DNA of 64,000 bases from Pocillopora damicornis. Taxonomy: Eukaryota. Of the stretch, positions 37,031-50,700 are shown in pieces. Positions within the stretch are counted from its first letter, which is position 1; each line of letters starts with the position of its first letter. The notes below the pieces were generated by a model. It did not search any database and was not told the DNA's origin. It was given only the letters and a program-made list of their open reading frames with translations. The stretch lies in assembly GCF_003704095.1 (NCBI RefSeq), contig NW_020843402.1, positions 372,001 through 436,000 of the forward strand. The letters run 5' to 3'. The position numbers and the translations under genes are program-made.

Positions 37031-39899
37031 TTTTCCTTCGTTGGGTCTTGATGTGAGCCTGCAAAAAAGTCCCCAACTATGAGTTTCAAGAGCAGTTGAA
37101 AGCAAACAAACTGTTCAAACAAAGTAAAACAATAACAACATGCTAGGCAACACTCCTAAACTTTCTTATTCAGTTACCCTTTGGCCTCTTGAAATGAAAA
37201 TCGAACTTGCACCGCCATATTACGTTCGACAAATGTGACAACACTGAGATCGTGCCGTTTTTTTTAACGAATTCACGCGGTCCTTTCAAGTGCTTCAGGT
37301 TTCGCCGACTCATTCTAATTTGGTGTGTCATAGGTGATAGATAAACAACGCCTATTTGAAAAGACTCCCAGGCAATATTCAAATTTAACCGCCTTTTCAA
37401 TACACTTCACGCAACTCATAAACACTTCAAGCAAATAATTCCCAGCATGCAATGTAATTCTAAAGCAGTGAAGAACAATACCAGATCAGGTAAGCAATCA
37501 CAGAAACAATAACAAGAATATTTGTTATACGTGAAATCCATGTAATGGTCTTTTGACTCCTTATCTCTTAACATCATGAAACAAAAAGACGAAAAGCATG
37601 CTTTAGAGCGGCGATCGAGCGCTTTTCCGTGATGCTGAGACAGTAAAGAACTGTTACTACGAATGACCCTGCTCGCAGCGAACGAGAAGCGAAAGTTTCA
37701 AATAGTTTTCTTGTAAAATTAGACGATGAATGGAATAAATTCAACGCTTGACTACCGCATGCTTTACAATAGAAATTGAATTATTTGTTTCCTTCGCTTT
37801 CGGAAAAACCTGGCGGGAAGTGCAACGTTCTATGGATTGGAAAACAGGAGTAAAATAAATAAATTACTGACGTGATTTTGCACGAAAAGTAAAATCGAGC
37901 GGGTAAAAGGAATTATTAGCACTACTTACATCGCAATACCATTTCCATTACCCGTAATGTTTAATATCGACTGCTGGATTGTATTATTTAAGCAGCATTG
38001 AGACCCGAGTGATCTATGTGACCTCTGAAATCTCTCTTCTCCACTGACGGAGCCTTCCTCTAGGTATTACTCTTGGGCAGTTCTCTCGCACTAAAAGTGA
38101 CATCAGCAGACGAATTTGCTCAGAGACATAGCGAAATAGTTTGTTAACGGGAATGAAAACGTGCCGATATCCCAAATTTAAATACGCCACAAGCGTATTA
38201 GAAGCTTGATAATGCACACATAGAGAACGATATCACAAACTGCAAACGCGCTTGATTTAAGAATTACATAAAATTGCGACTTACATCAAAACTGCTACTT
38301 TTCCTAAGAAAGATAGTTATTGGGAGCTCTAATTAGCTTCAATCCGCGTGTTCTGCGTTCAAGGTTTCTGGTGATTTTCTGCCGTCAGGTTGAAATGTGA
38401 ATCTTTTTTATAATGGCTTGCCAACAAATACGACAGGAAATGTCATCATGACAATATTTCACCAATGAGGGAATTATCATAGAGCCGCGCCTTTTTTTTT
38501 TTCACCCACCTCGAAAGATAGAACATTATTTGGATGAGACTCGGGAGTTAGGTTACAAAGCCGATTATAAACCTCAAATACTCTCATAAATTTAGCTCTG
38601 AAATTTTAAGGAAGATATGTGCCATGACTATCAAAAAAAAATTTCAAATTTATTTTGTGTGATGATTGAATTAATTTGCTACATCCCCGCCATCAGAGAC
38701 CTCTAAAACTGACGTTAAATGAAGTTCTCGCTCCCACAGGGAACAGCGGAATCGCAACGGAAATGGCACACAATAAAGTTTACTTCACTCTAATTGGATC
38801 ACAGCTTGTTAAGGAAAGTGACTCTGGGGCTTTTCCAAACTCACACAACATATTTACAACCTCTCTACGTGTACAGACAACTGAAGTAAGACGATATGAA
38901 ATCGATAATAGATTTGATATTTACGTTAAAAAACAGATAATTTGCATTATTGGTGAGAGAGATAGTTCTGAATTCCTTCGGCTAATTACTCGTTTGTATA
39001 AAGTTCATTTTTCTTCGGATTTAAAAAATTTGAGCACGCGGAACAGCTGCAGTAAACCAACTAGACTGTACTTTTATCAAATTCTTTAGCAGTCATCTAA
39101 GTCTCATATCAATTCCAAAGGAAAATAAGGTAAGATTTTAAAGCGCGCACCCACTCCGGCCGGAGACGGGATGGGACGCAGACGCTGGTGACAAAGCAGG
39201 TCTGCGTCCAAAAGTCGCACGTCACCCGAAGACTGGAAATCACGAGAAAGTGAACAAAGTTGATCGACTTTTCACGTCCATTTGCGGTGTGAAACAACAT
39301 AATTATTAGCACGTGCTAACTTTTATAGCAATTTCCGGTTAGTGTAACAGGAAATGTCCATGGCCACAGTTCACCCCCACAAATAAGCATCTGAACTATG
39401 TGCGCTGACCTAAGACCTCCTACGCAGAAAAAAACAGCAAGATTGACGCAAAATGAAACGCTTATCGTCATAGCCTTGGTTTTTGGACAAAGGGCGACGA
39501 AATAATCCAAATATGTGGGGCTCCATAATCGCTAATATTCAGTAAGGATCAGGTCTCACAGATTGACTGAAGCTTAAGGTAAATGCTTGTACATGACAAG
39601 TTAAATCGGTTTGTTTGCAATTTGGGGAGGCTTCGGTAAAAGTTTTCTGTACGGCGTGTTTTGATGTTCCTTAAGTGCAGAATTGAACTGAGCAGTAATG
39701 TACACTTAAATTTATCACTCAAACCCTAAAGTAGTCTAAAATAGTCTACACCGACCTTGGCTGTTCGAAGTGCGAATACAAGGGGGGAAGTTTCTAAAGT
39801 TTCAAAGCTCAGCCGAAAAAGCTGGTAAGCTAGAACACAATAGCGAAGACAGCTGCCAGTGTTTTGTTTAACTCAAAACCAACAAATCATGGAGCGAGG

Positions 39900-41100
39900 C
39901 TTCAACTGAAGCTCTCAAAATTCTTCAAGACTTCCTTTGCTGACCTTTCCGACTTCCGATCACACGGTTTATCATTTATGCACACGATATATCCTTGCTA
40001 TACAGATTGTAAAGCTGAGCCTGGAATATCATTCCCTGAAGCTCGGCTCCGGTAAAATTAATTCCAATATTGTAATTTAATAAACCTCCAGTCGAAAGCG
40101 AGATTTCATCCAGCAGATCAAGGACTCAACCGATTACTCAGCGGTAGAGTTTCTAAAGGAAAGAACTGGCGTCTTCATTATACTTCAATGAGCCTTGAGC
40201 AACGAATTTACTCTTTTTTAAAAAAGTATCTTTTAGTCCATGATAGCTTCAGCTACAACGCTTGTACACAGAAAAATTGTACATCCCGACATTCTGTAAA
40301 CAAAAGTATACAACCCGCTCTTGTTTTGATATATGATTTGTGAGCAATAATCTTGTCTGAGCTTAATCTGATCGTTGATCAAACATCGGTCATGTAGTTA
40401 TTCATGACTTTGGCCTTAAATTCCATTTCCATGTAATTAGCTGCTCAAGGTTTCGCTAATCTCCCCACGACAAGACCTTTTTAGAAAGAAAGATAGACAG
40501 CGACAGAGTCGTCGAAAAATCCCCTTCCTGCGGAATGCAGCGAAACCTTTATTTAGATTTCCTTACTCGTATTGGTCTAATTTGTGTAATTACAAAATAC
40601 CATCACGACAACACGTTCACATGAAATTATATGATAATCTCTTCAACTTCAACTTCATCAGTGAGAGGAAATTCAGTCATTACGTTTTTACAGAAAAACA
40701 TGATCTCATCTTCCTCAAGGTTTTTTGAGATGTCTCTCACTGGCACCTTGGTCAGGCACTTTGAGTTCACATTTTAGATTCTTCGCCCCGTTAAATTTAT
40801 AGTTTAAAGTTCCAGAATTTTCTGGTTCCTGATTTCCTTTTTCCTTTTGCTTTCTTCACTCAGTATCTTTTTAAAATGAAAAATAATCAAATTCTTTCAT
40901 CGTGATCGCGTCAATTGAAATCATGTCAGGGGTGAATAGTTTCAGGAGTACGTCTTTAAAAGGGATTTGCGATCGAAGCTACCTTTTTTCCCGATACTTT
41001 TATGTTTTAAAACGCATAATCTATATTGAACCCAAAATAATTTTGTCGTGGTTCCTTAGAGCATCTATGAACTCATCAGTGCCAGGAAGAGATTAAAACT
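39900..41100 (-). mobile_element. Possible heavily decayed Penelope-like reverse transcriptase remnant
   Basis: Stop-interrupted minus frame reads NVNSKCLTKVPVRDI (cf. motif A DVxSLFTNVP), KGLVVGRLAKP*AANYMEMEF (cf. motif B GxxMGSPLxPxLANxxM) and, after a shift, STGGLLNY (cf. TGxxLNY), in the expected order. YxDD not recognisable. Confidence 0.35.
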
Positions 41101-44100
41101 AACACGATTCGGCATCCAGAAATTAAAATCCTTTCTCTTGACACTTTTATTTCCAACAAAACTTTGACGAAATAGTACCTTCGAAATCATCCTTTATGTT
41201 TTCTCACTCTCAACTATATGAAAACTTATTCGAATATTAACGTTGCGATCGTAAAGAAAAGTATGGTCATGGAAAAAACAAAACACAAAAGTACATTCAA
41301 ACTTGTCGAGTTTTCGTCAGGCTGACTATATGCGTGTCGACCGACCTTAGTAGCACATTTTAACGTAACGATTTGGTTTATGAAATGTATGGATCTTAAT
41401 AGCAATGGGTTCGTAAGAACAAGAAGCTGAAATTTTGCGTCCAGTTTTAAGGAATCCCTTCCTAGTTAGCAAGATTATTCCCTTTAGTTTCAAAGAACCA
41501 TGCGTTAAAACATGGTGCAATTATGTGATTCATTTTGTCACGCAGACGTTAGATTTCGCGCTCCGATACTCTGTTAGTTACCTTCGTGCAGCTCTTACCT
41601 GCAATGTCAAAAATGTCGTATTTGTAGGTTTCAATAGATTGAAAAGGATGCTAGATTTCAAGCGCGGTTTACGAATAAAGAAAACCGTGCTCTTATTTTT
41701 GTCTCGAGTGAATCAAAGAAAAAATATGAACATTTTCCCACGCGAGTGAGATTAGCCAAGAGCATCTATTTGTGATCGACAACTAAGCTAAAAAATTTAC
41801 CTTCTTTCTTGAACTATTTACATCAATGGTATTGTTATCTAAGCGGAACCATCGAGTTCAGCTTCGATCGCGAATTGCTTTCAGTGCGAAAAAAAGGATC
41901 TGGATCAGACTAAAGAAGCCTTTTCTAAATATTTAAAATGTGCAGCACTTTCAACACATGGTGTAAAAGTTAACCCTAAACAATACCATACCTCTTGGAA
42001 AATATTGGGATAGCCAAACCACTTTCAAATATATCTCCCTAGTCAGATCAACTGATCTCCTTGCAGTGAACAAACGAAGTGAAATCTTCGAGATAAGTCA
42101 GCCACTTATAACAATTAATTTTGATGTAAATTTGAAATTTAAATGAACTAGGAGAAGAATAAGCGGGTAAATATTTCTTTTCTTTCCATATCTTATCAAA
42201 TCATGAAAAAGGCAAATATCTCCAGAAAAGAAATATACAACTGAAAACATTGGAAATGTAGTTTTCCGAGTATTGTTGAGTTCGTGAGAGTTTTTGATTA
42301 GCCTTTGATTGTTCGATTTGAAATCGATAACAGTGGAAAATGGCTTTCAAATCTATGTTAGCTATCATCGGCTCATTTTCAAAAACTTTCATGCTTATCT
42401 TTAAAATTATTTCCTTCTTTGGCAGAAAAATTTAAGCGCAAACCGCGACAGAGCATTTCACGCTGGAGAAAAGCATGTTTGTTTAAGAACATGCTTCTAT
42501 TTATTTAAGTAGCACAAAGGTGATTTTGGTCTCCCAGTTAGACATGAACCCACAATACCTTTGGCATTTTTCATTGTTGGTTTGCGAGGAATACAATGAA
42601 CAGCAATCGAAAGGATAAAGTTCTATCTGTATGCTTCACCTGACAGATAATAAAAACAATTCTGCTGTTAACATCGGTAAGTCCCAGATTTGTATTTATG
42701 TTACCTAATCATTTCATGATGGTGAAAACCGACTTCACTTTCGAAATTAGCTGTTGGTGACATTTTACTTAAAAATTTATAGTATTTCCTGTACTCTATT
42801 AGTAAACAGGTTATTGTTGACGTTGTCTGAGTTCTTTTTTAATTAAAAAAGTTCTCATGCAATTTCGGAATTAGTCTGCTACTGATCACGTTCGCACATT
42901 GACGAATGTTTGGCTGAATTTTCCTTGAATCGTATTTCCTTTAGTCTGTATTATCCGGACATGAGAAAAAGATTTGACGTTCTTTCAATTTTAAAGACAT
43001 ACGTAGTTCCAAAGGAATCACCAATTTAGTCTAATCAACAGTACGGATTACCTTAGAAATAACGACAATTTAGTAAATCGACAGAGGAAGATCAGTTTTT
43101 TGTTAATTGTTGTTACTAGATGTAAGATGAAATCACCAAAAAAAAAAAAACCCAGCACCATGGTCACGTACGAAGCATAATTTTTTTTAACCCTTCTATG
43201 CCTAGAAAGGTCTAATTTCGTTACCCGCTGACAAACAGTGTAGAAACAAAGTTACACAGATCAAATATTGTTAAATTACTTTAAATATTTAGAGCTCTTA
43301 GATTTTACACGGAGATTAACCAGTCACCTTTTTTTTCTTAGCTCGAATTGATTGAATTGTAGTTTTCCTCTTCCATCGTGGTTCTATTTCAACAGCTTAT
43401 AGAAATGCTTGGGTTGGCCCTCGAGAGTTTTGAATGACACCTGGCCAAGCAGCCGGAGTTAAACCCTCTCCGTATTAGCTCCAGGAGTAACGAATCTGGC
43501 TTACAACGAATATACTATCTCAAGCTGAGTGGGCAGAAACTGATGGTGTAGCCAAACAGTTTTGATACCAAGGTTACGTTCATGTGGGGCTAGAATGTTA
43601 TTTTTTCTTTGAACGATTTCGACGGAATATCCCGTGACAGATCTAGCAAGGAAAGAGTGACTGTCCTTTGTCGTAAAAGTTCGGCATAAATTGTGGAACG
43701 ATTGGAAGCAGAGCTTACTGCATAATATATTTTTAGGAGGACAATTCATCAAATCCTAACCCACAATTACAAAACTGTTAAATCAGAATATGAGAATTCG
43801 ACTGCTAAGTATTTTATGCGGCTACAAACGCAAGTGAATAAATGCCCTTTTGTTGCGCCCCAAAAATAATTAGGACACATTTCTGAACGTTAGACCGCAG
43901 AAGGGGTCATTTTTGAAACAGTACATCAATAATTTTATTTAGGTTACACTAAATTGAAAAACGCTATTTATCATTCAGATAAGACATACATTAATTTCAC
44001 ACGCATATTGAGAAACTAACACGTACGTGTCTACAGTTACCATACCGTGTTATCTTACAGGTTTTTTCCTTTTTCCAAAGTAGTCAATGTTCCAATAATG

Positions 44101-44799
44101 TTCCTGCAACAACACAGTTTTTTAAAACTACTATCTCAACTGATTTCAATCACAATCATTGGTGTCACTTATCTTAAGCATCCAACAACTGGCTTGGGGG
44201 TAAATAACTGGAATAAAATCACCTTCAGACGTAAGTACTGGTTCATGATTCTTTTCAAATTATGTTAAATGTTTCACTAAAAAAACGATAACAAATATGT
44301 GACGTAAGTCTTTCCTTAGGTATAAAATAAAATATTTAATGCACATACATACTTATTTTAAATAGACCATCTCTCTTCTCTATTTTTTCCTTTACTTTAA
44401 AGAGTTTTTCGACGCTTTAGCTATCTTGGTTTTGCGTTTACTTTCACCATTAATTCTCAGTTACTTATGGCAAAGCTGTTATTATTGTGACGCAAATTAA
44501 GCACACATATGATCTGCTATGACATGATGTGGGGTGCCGGAGACAGCTACATGCTGTCGCTTCGCCTGTGTTACACGAATTTTGTGGCTCTCATTTCCTC
44601 AGTAACCAAAAGACGGGAAGACAAGCGATGCAATTACGCCTTAACTCTCCTGTAGTTCTAAGAATTTCACACTAGAATTTGCGGTCAGCGCTATGAATGG
44701 TAGGGAAATATTCGAAAGAATGCTGGGGCCTACGAAAGATTTTGAAGCATACATAGCGAAATATACGTAACAGGAACGATGTCGATTTAAAATCTGCTG

Positions 44800-47700
44800 T
44801 CATTCGACGGCTGAAACCGAGTTCAGCTGAAGCAGAAGTTGCTGACATTCCTGCAGTGTTCGCTTGTCTCCGATTTTCTCCAGGGAAGTGGCAGCCTCAA
44901 CCAGCATCTTCTTACGTTGACACGGACCTGATAGGAAAGGCAGAGGGAGGTGTCGGCAGGCCATCATAAGGGCTGCAGCCTTCTCCCGCTCACCTGTTAC
45001 ACATGTTGTCTCTTCCTCGTCTCCTGAAAACAGTAAAAAAAAAAAAAAAAAATCAATCAGTCAGTCAATCATCTGCTAACTAATGGTTGACACATTCAAG
45101 GAAAATAACCAAAAGATCACCTTCGTCTTCAGGCTGCTGTCCTTTGTGGTGACGAGAGGTGACCACTCGCTGTCTCAGCGTGCTCCTCTGTAACAGATGG
45201 TGAGTCTCAGTGGGGTTGGCGCCTGCCATTAGACGAGCCACAGCCTCGTATAAATAGAGCTGAGGGAAAAAATGGCACAACATTAGCCTCCAGCTCACAT
45301 AGAATTCGCAGAGGGAATCTTGCTTATTGTCTTCATTTAAATGTAAGGGAAGAAGGCCCGCACAGAGAAAATAGGAGTTTTTCCTCCTTTATGTCTGAGG
45401 CAAGGGAAATGGGAGTTGTCCACATCGTGGCTAACAAAAAAAGAAGGAAAGTTTACCCTTGGCAGAGCAGCTGGAAGGTTGTGGGTGAGTTTCTGCAAAC
45501 TCTCCAAATCATTCTGAAACGAACGCAACTCAACCGGATCAGTTGGGACAGTCGCAGTAAAGTGAGGCTTCTGTGAAAATTCCCAGATATCCTTTCGAGT
45601 ACCCAGCAGCCAATCACAGCACAAAAGCTGTGCGAGCTGGTGTAGGCGGCTGCTGGTGGACTGGTACAGAGACGATGTCAGGTTGATGCTCTCTTGTAGA
45701 TGAAGACCCGACTTCTTGCACAGCTGTGCACAATCTTCAAGTGAGCTGGGTTGCGTGTCCCCACTCAAAATCTGTTTCTTAGCTAGGTACGCTCTAAGGA
45801 TAGCTTTTGCTAATGGGTCTCTTGAGTTTGCCACAGGATCTCTAAAGCAGAACAAATTGTCATGGTCAGCAAAAATTGTAAACAATTTTACAGATGTTCT
45901 CACGGAAGAATGACTGGAAGGGACAAAAGAGCATCAGAAGCATATCTGTTTTTTTATTTAACCTTATGTCAGCCATTTCTTTTTCAACATAACACTGTCA
46001 AAATAAAGAAGAGAATGATTATGAAACCACTCTAACCATCGAGAAATTAAGGGGCAGAATTCACTGGACATTTGTTTAAAATACTTTTTAATTTTCATTT
46101 GTAATGGTCAATATTATACCATTCCCTCAACTGAACCAAAGAAAACCAGAGAAAAATCCTTGTGGTTTGCCTCAACAAAATACCCTTGTGATAAGGGTGA
46201 CCATATCGTTAAAGATCAGGATAAAAAATGTGGCTCAGATATTTGTTTACAAAACTGACAATGTCTATGTAGCGTGCAAGTCCAGTCCACTTACACACCA
46301 TAACACATCTAACTTACTCTGCATTCCACAAGCTCTTGGGAACACTCTCAATTGTACTGTAAAACCTCTCAGCAGTCTCGTCTTCTCCTTGCAGCCAATG
46401 AACTGCCACCATTCCCACTGCTACCCACCATTTGGCAACCTCATCATCACCAACAGCTGAAGACATGTTGACAGGCTTTTCACTAGTAGATGCACACTCG
46501 TTCAGCATGTGAAGATACCTGAGGGCATCTCGCACACTCTTATCACCAGTGGTATCTTCATCTGTTGCACTTGGTAATACAATAGACGAGAGAGCATAGC
46601 GGAGGAGGTACTCCCGGAATGCTTGACTCACATGAGCCACTGGGTTGGCTAAATGGTAAATTGCATCAAATAATTTCAGTCTAGTAGTAACTTCTCACAC
46701 ATAATTTATCTTCATACATATGTAAAAATAAGGCAAAATAAAAGTAACATGTTCCACCAAATTCCGACCATCTTAAGCACAAAATTTTTGCAATAATACT
46801 TTTAAACTTGTTTCCATTTGTTACTATTTCTCCAGACCTGATGTGCAAGCCTTATGCTAATCCAGAAGTGAAAGTTATAACCATGGCCAAACTCACTAGG
46901 TAAGAAACTTAAATAACAAAACGCCTTTCTCCATTCAGGAGTACAAATAAAGGTAGCAGCCAACTTTCAGGAGATTCCATCTGACAAAAATACTGTGGGA
47001 GAGGAGGGGTGGGGAGCCGAAAGATGGTAATCTACACTGAACTACTGCCCTATCCATGAAAGATCAAAAGGACTGTTATTTGCTCACCGCTGCAGATTTT
47101 ATGGATACCCCTTGTACTTCACCTGCCTTACTCCATGCAGCTGACAAAAGGAGTGGAAAGTTTCTTTTTTCACAAAATTACACTCACTTTTGTCACTGAT
47201 ACTGGCCCACATGCTATCACCTCCCTGGCAAGTCCACCGACTGCTGACGAAGAAGCGGTGTCCCTTTGGACGGAAGAGCCACTGCAGTGAAGCTGGAACT
47301 GTTGTTCCACGAGATGCATAAGATGTTTGTGCCCGGCCAAGGAAGTACCTCTGAACAAAACATATGGTGTCATGCGTAACCATTCTAATACCTATGTCTA
47401 ACAACATATGAAAAGTCTGCAGACTTAGGACGGACAAAATGAAATGATACACAGACTGATGACACTGGAATATGTCAAAACTGAAAAAGTCTAGTCACTG
47501 AAAGAGCATACTGTACTCTCTTTGAATATTCAACTCACAGCAATAAAGTGAAGTCCATCTGGGAATGAAGTCCTTATCTGTATTGCAGCTGATACGTAGA
47601 TTTCTGCTAAGATGTCAATGCTCATCAGTTTGTCTGCAGACTCTGCAAGGTTCACAGCTGCCAAGCCAAGAAAGGAAGAACGCCAGCCATTCACAGAGAC

Positions 47701-50700
47701 ATGACCTACAAAAATATACATACACTTGTACTATGAGAAAGTTGCACCTTTCCAATGATACTCTCTCACAACATACAGAAAGTTTGATCTAGCATGAATA
47801 ATTAGAATAGTATTTTCTCCTAAAATTTAGCTGAAGAATAAAAGGTAAAGCTTACAAACACTTGAGCAGCATGTAGGACCTTCAAAGAACATTACCTGTA
47901 AGGCTCAATTGATGCAACTTATGGTAGACTAAAGCTGCATCTTTGGCTGATATTTTAGCATAATCCTTTGTATCAGTACTTCGTCCCCATAAATTTATTC
48001 CTCCAGCAGCAGATGCAAGCCAAGTTCCAATCCATAGCCTCTGAAGAACATGACGCATCAACTGCCAAACAAGGCCACAAGCCACGTCAAGCTTTGAAAC
48101 AGGAAGGGGACGTTTTAGTGCCCTGAGGCAAATTTCTAGGTGACGTGCTGCTGAGATAGTATCACCCTGAAAAAGAAATTGACAACTCTTAATTAATGCA
48201 TACAAAGTCTCAAAGGCCATTACACTTCGAATTTAATACAACTGTAGTCATGTGACATACTTTCAGCCACAACTGTAAACAACAAAGACAAAGCAATTTA
48301 ATTTCAACATAACAAGACTCATCTAAAGGCTGTGATATTCATGTCTAGGCTTGCTTTGACAGTGTTCCGAGCTGCCTCACAATGGAAAGCAGAAAAAAAA
48401 ATTACTTTGTGTTAATGGAAATGGTTCACACTGAGATAAACATTTGCATTAAATATCATAATATTGAAGTCCTGTTGCTTTCTCTTCAGCAAAATTGGCT
48501 ATTTAAACTCAGTTGCCTAAGTATTAAGCTTTGAGAAGTTGTATGAACCTCCAAAACTGATTGTCAGGCAACTTTGCCCTAATTTCTGGCAATGATATTG
48601 AGAATTTAGGTAGTCACAACCTGACCTTGACAAAGTTAAGCTTGGTATTCACCTCTCCATTGTGCTCCTTTTAACCTTACCTTGATTAAGTCTTCATCAG
48701 CTTGATTTCTGTGTCTCCAGAATAGGACTGCATTATCAGAGTGTGGTCTCGTCACAGGCTCCCCAAACACAAAGATACGCACCAACACTGCCAAGGCTAC
48801 AAAAGCATGCAGAGACCAGTTAAGGGCAATCAGGGCAGTATTCCAAAGTCCATTTTCCTGCTGTATGGTGACATTATCCCCATAAGAATGCAATGTCCTT
48901 CCGGCAGCACGGGGTCTTTCACTTTCCACAGGGTTAGAGAAAAGCATACCTGTTTGAACAAAGTGCACTTTACAAAGACAGTTGGAGCAAAAACACTTTT
49001 GTTACCATCATAAATTTCCACATGTGAATAATAAAACCTCAAAGTTAGAATAGTATAGGTAGTTCAAAAGTCACAACCAAACATTTCAAAAAGGTTTTGT
49101 GATTACAGCATTTCTGTGCTCAAAGTTACTTCTTCTGCAACTGATTTTGTTTATACTAGAGAAAAATTTCAGTAGTGAATTTACTAGTTTGTTTTACTAA
49201 TGGGAATTACATCAATGAAAAAAGACTTGTGAACTTATGCAACAATGAACAAGTGATGTTGAAACTTTCATAAAAACATGAAATTTAGGCTGTTCTGTGT
49301 ACTATTCTTAATGACTGTCTTTCAAAAGAAGCGACATTGTGAAATTCAGGTAGATAACAGCAGTCAAAAAGACACTGAGGCTATTGACTTCACCTTTATC
49401 AAGCTGAGGCACGATGTAACTCAAAGGGTTGATAAACAAAAAGGTAAACATGAAAGCAAACAATGCCACGCGGGTGCGATCCATCATTCCACAGCTATTG
49501 ACAGGCAGGGCTTCTACTTTGATGTGAGTCTTGTCTTTGCTCTGTGGATCTGGTGTAGGAGGTGTAAGAGGGCTTGTTATAACACTACTAGCTTTGGCAA
49601 CTTCTTCTATCTTGTTGGATTCTTCACTCTTTACAGCTTCAGCCTCCATCATAGTGCAGTCTTCCATTACCTCTTTCTTTACCTGATGTTCCTTTTGCTT
49701 TCGAACAAGCTCTGTGATGGTTTCTGAGTAGGATTGAAGGGAATTAATCCATTTTTTTCAAGATCAATATAAAGCAGTATTTTACCCTAAGTAAGCGCAA
49801 ACAATACAAAAGTGCTCAAAAGTTTGTTTTAACCTACAGAATGTTAATGAACCAGCCTGACAAGAGTACTTCAAACCAAGGAAGTACCTTGTGACATGTG
49901 CCTGTTACAGTCCCCAGAACACATTAACTAGCCTTTTGAAATACATGTAGACAGTACTTTGTGTAATATGTGCATTTTACTCCTTGTCTTACAAAAACAG
50001 TATCAATAGTCTTTACCTCTTTTTTGCTGTGCCATTTTCAAACTCATGTTTTCTTGTTTGAGGCGTGCATTTTCATTTTGGAGCTTCATTATTACCTCTA
50101 TGGCCTTCCGCAACACACCAGCCTTGTTCATCTTAAAAAAAAGTGGCAACAACATTAAAATCACACACACCCTTAGCAAAGTTCCTGTTTTCTTTCTTTC
50201 AGCAAACTGCAATGCTTCTACAAAAAATGGTAAAAATTTTATTTTTATAGTTTTAGATAATAATAAGAAACAATGATTGTTTCAAAGTGATAGCCTCACC
50301 TTTGCATCTGGCCCACACACAAGGTCTTTCAACTCCACAATCTTGTCATTGATACTTGTGCGGTATCGCTTCTCAATCAAATTGTGAGCTGATCGCTTTT
50401 CTGTTTTGACTCCTCCTTGGCCCTTACCATTTGTCAGGCGACTAATTGGAATCTTGTTTGGATCCAAGACAATGGGAATGGTAGCTGTTAGGACCCCATT
50501 AGGACCTTGGGACAGTGTGGGCTGAATCTGTGATTGGCTAAGTTCAATAGTTCCAATGACAGTGGAAGCAGAATCTGGCTTTACGATCTGTGGTTGAACA
50601 AGATTCTGGAAGATACAGAGTTACAAACAATTTAAACACACAGCACTATTCTTACATTAAAAGAGTTCAAGAAAAAATTTGAGCATAATAATCTTTATGA

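Noticed and set aside
38676-39089. 137-aa ORF and other short intergenic ORFs (6-7, 8.7-9.8, 13.7-15.5, 25-29, 41-44 kb)
   Set aside because: Mostly non-ATG starts, no recognisable domains and no consistent splice context.
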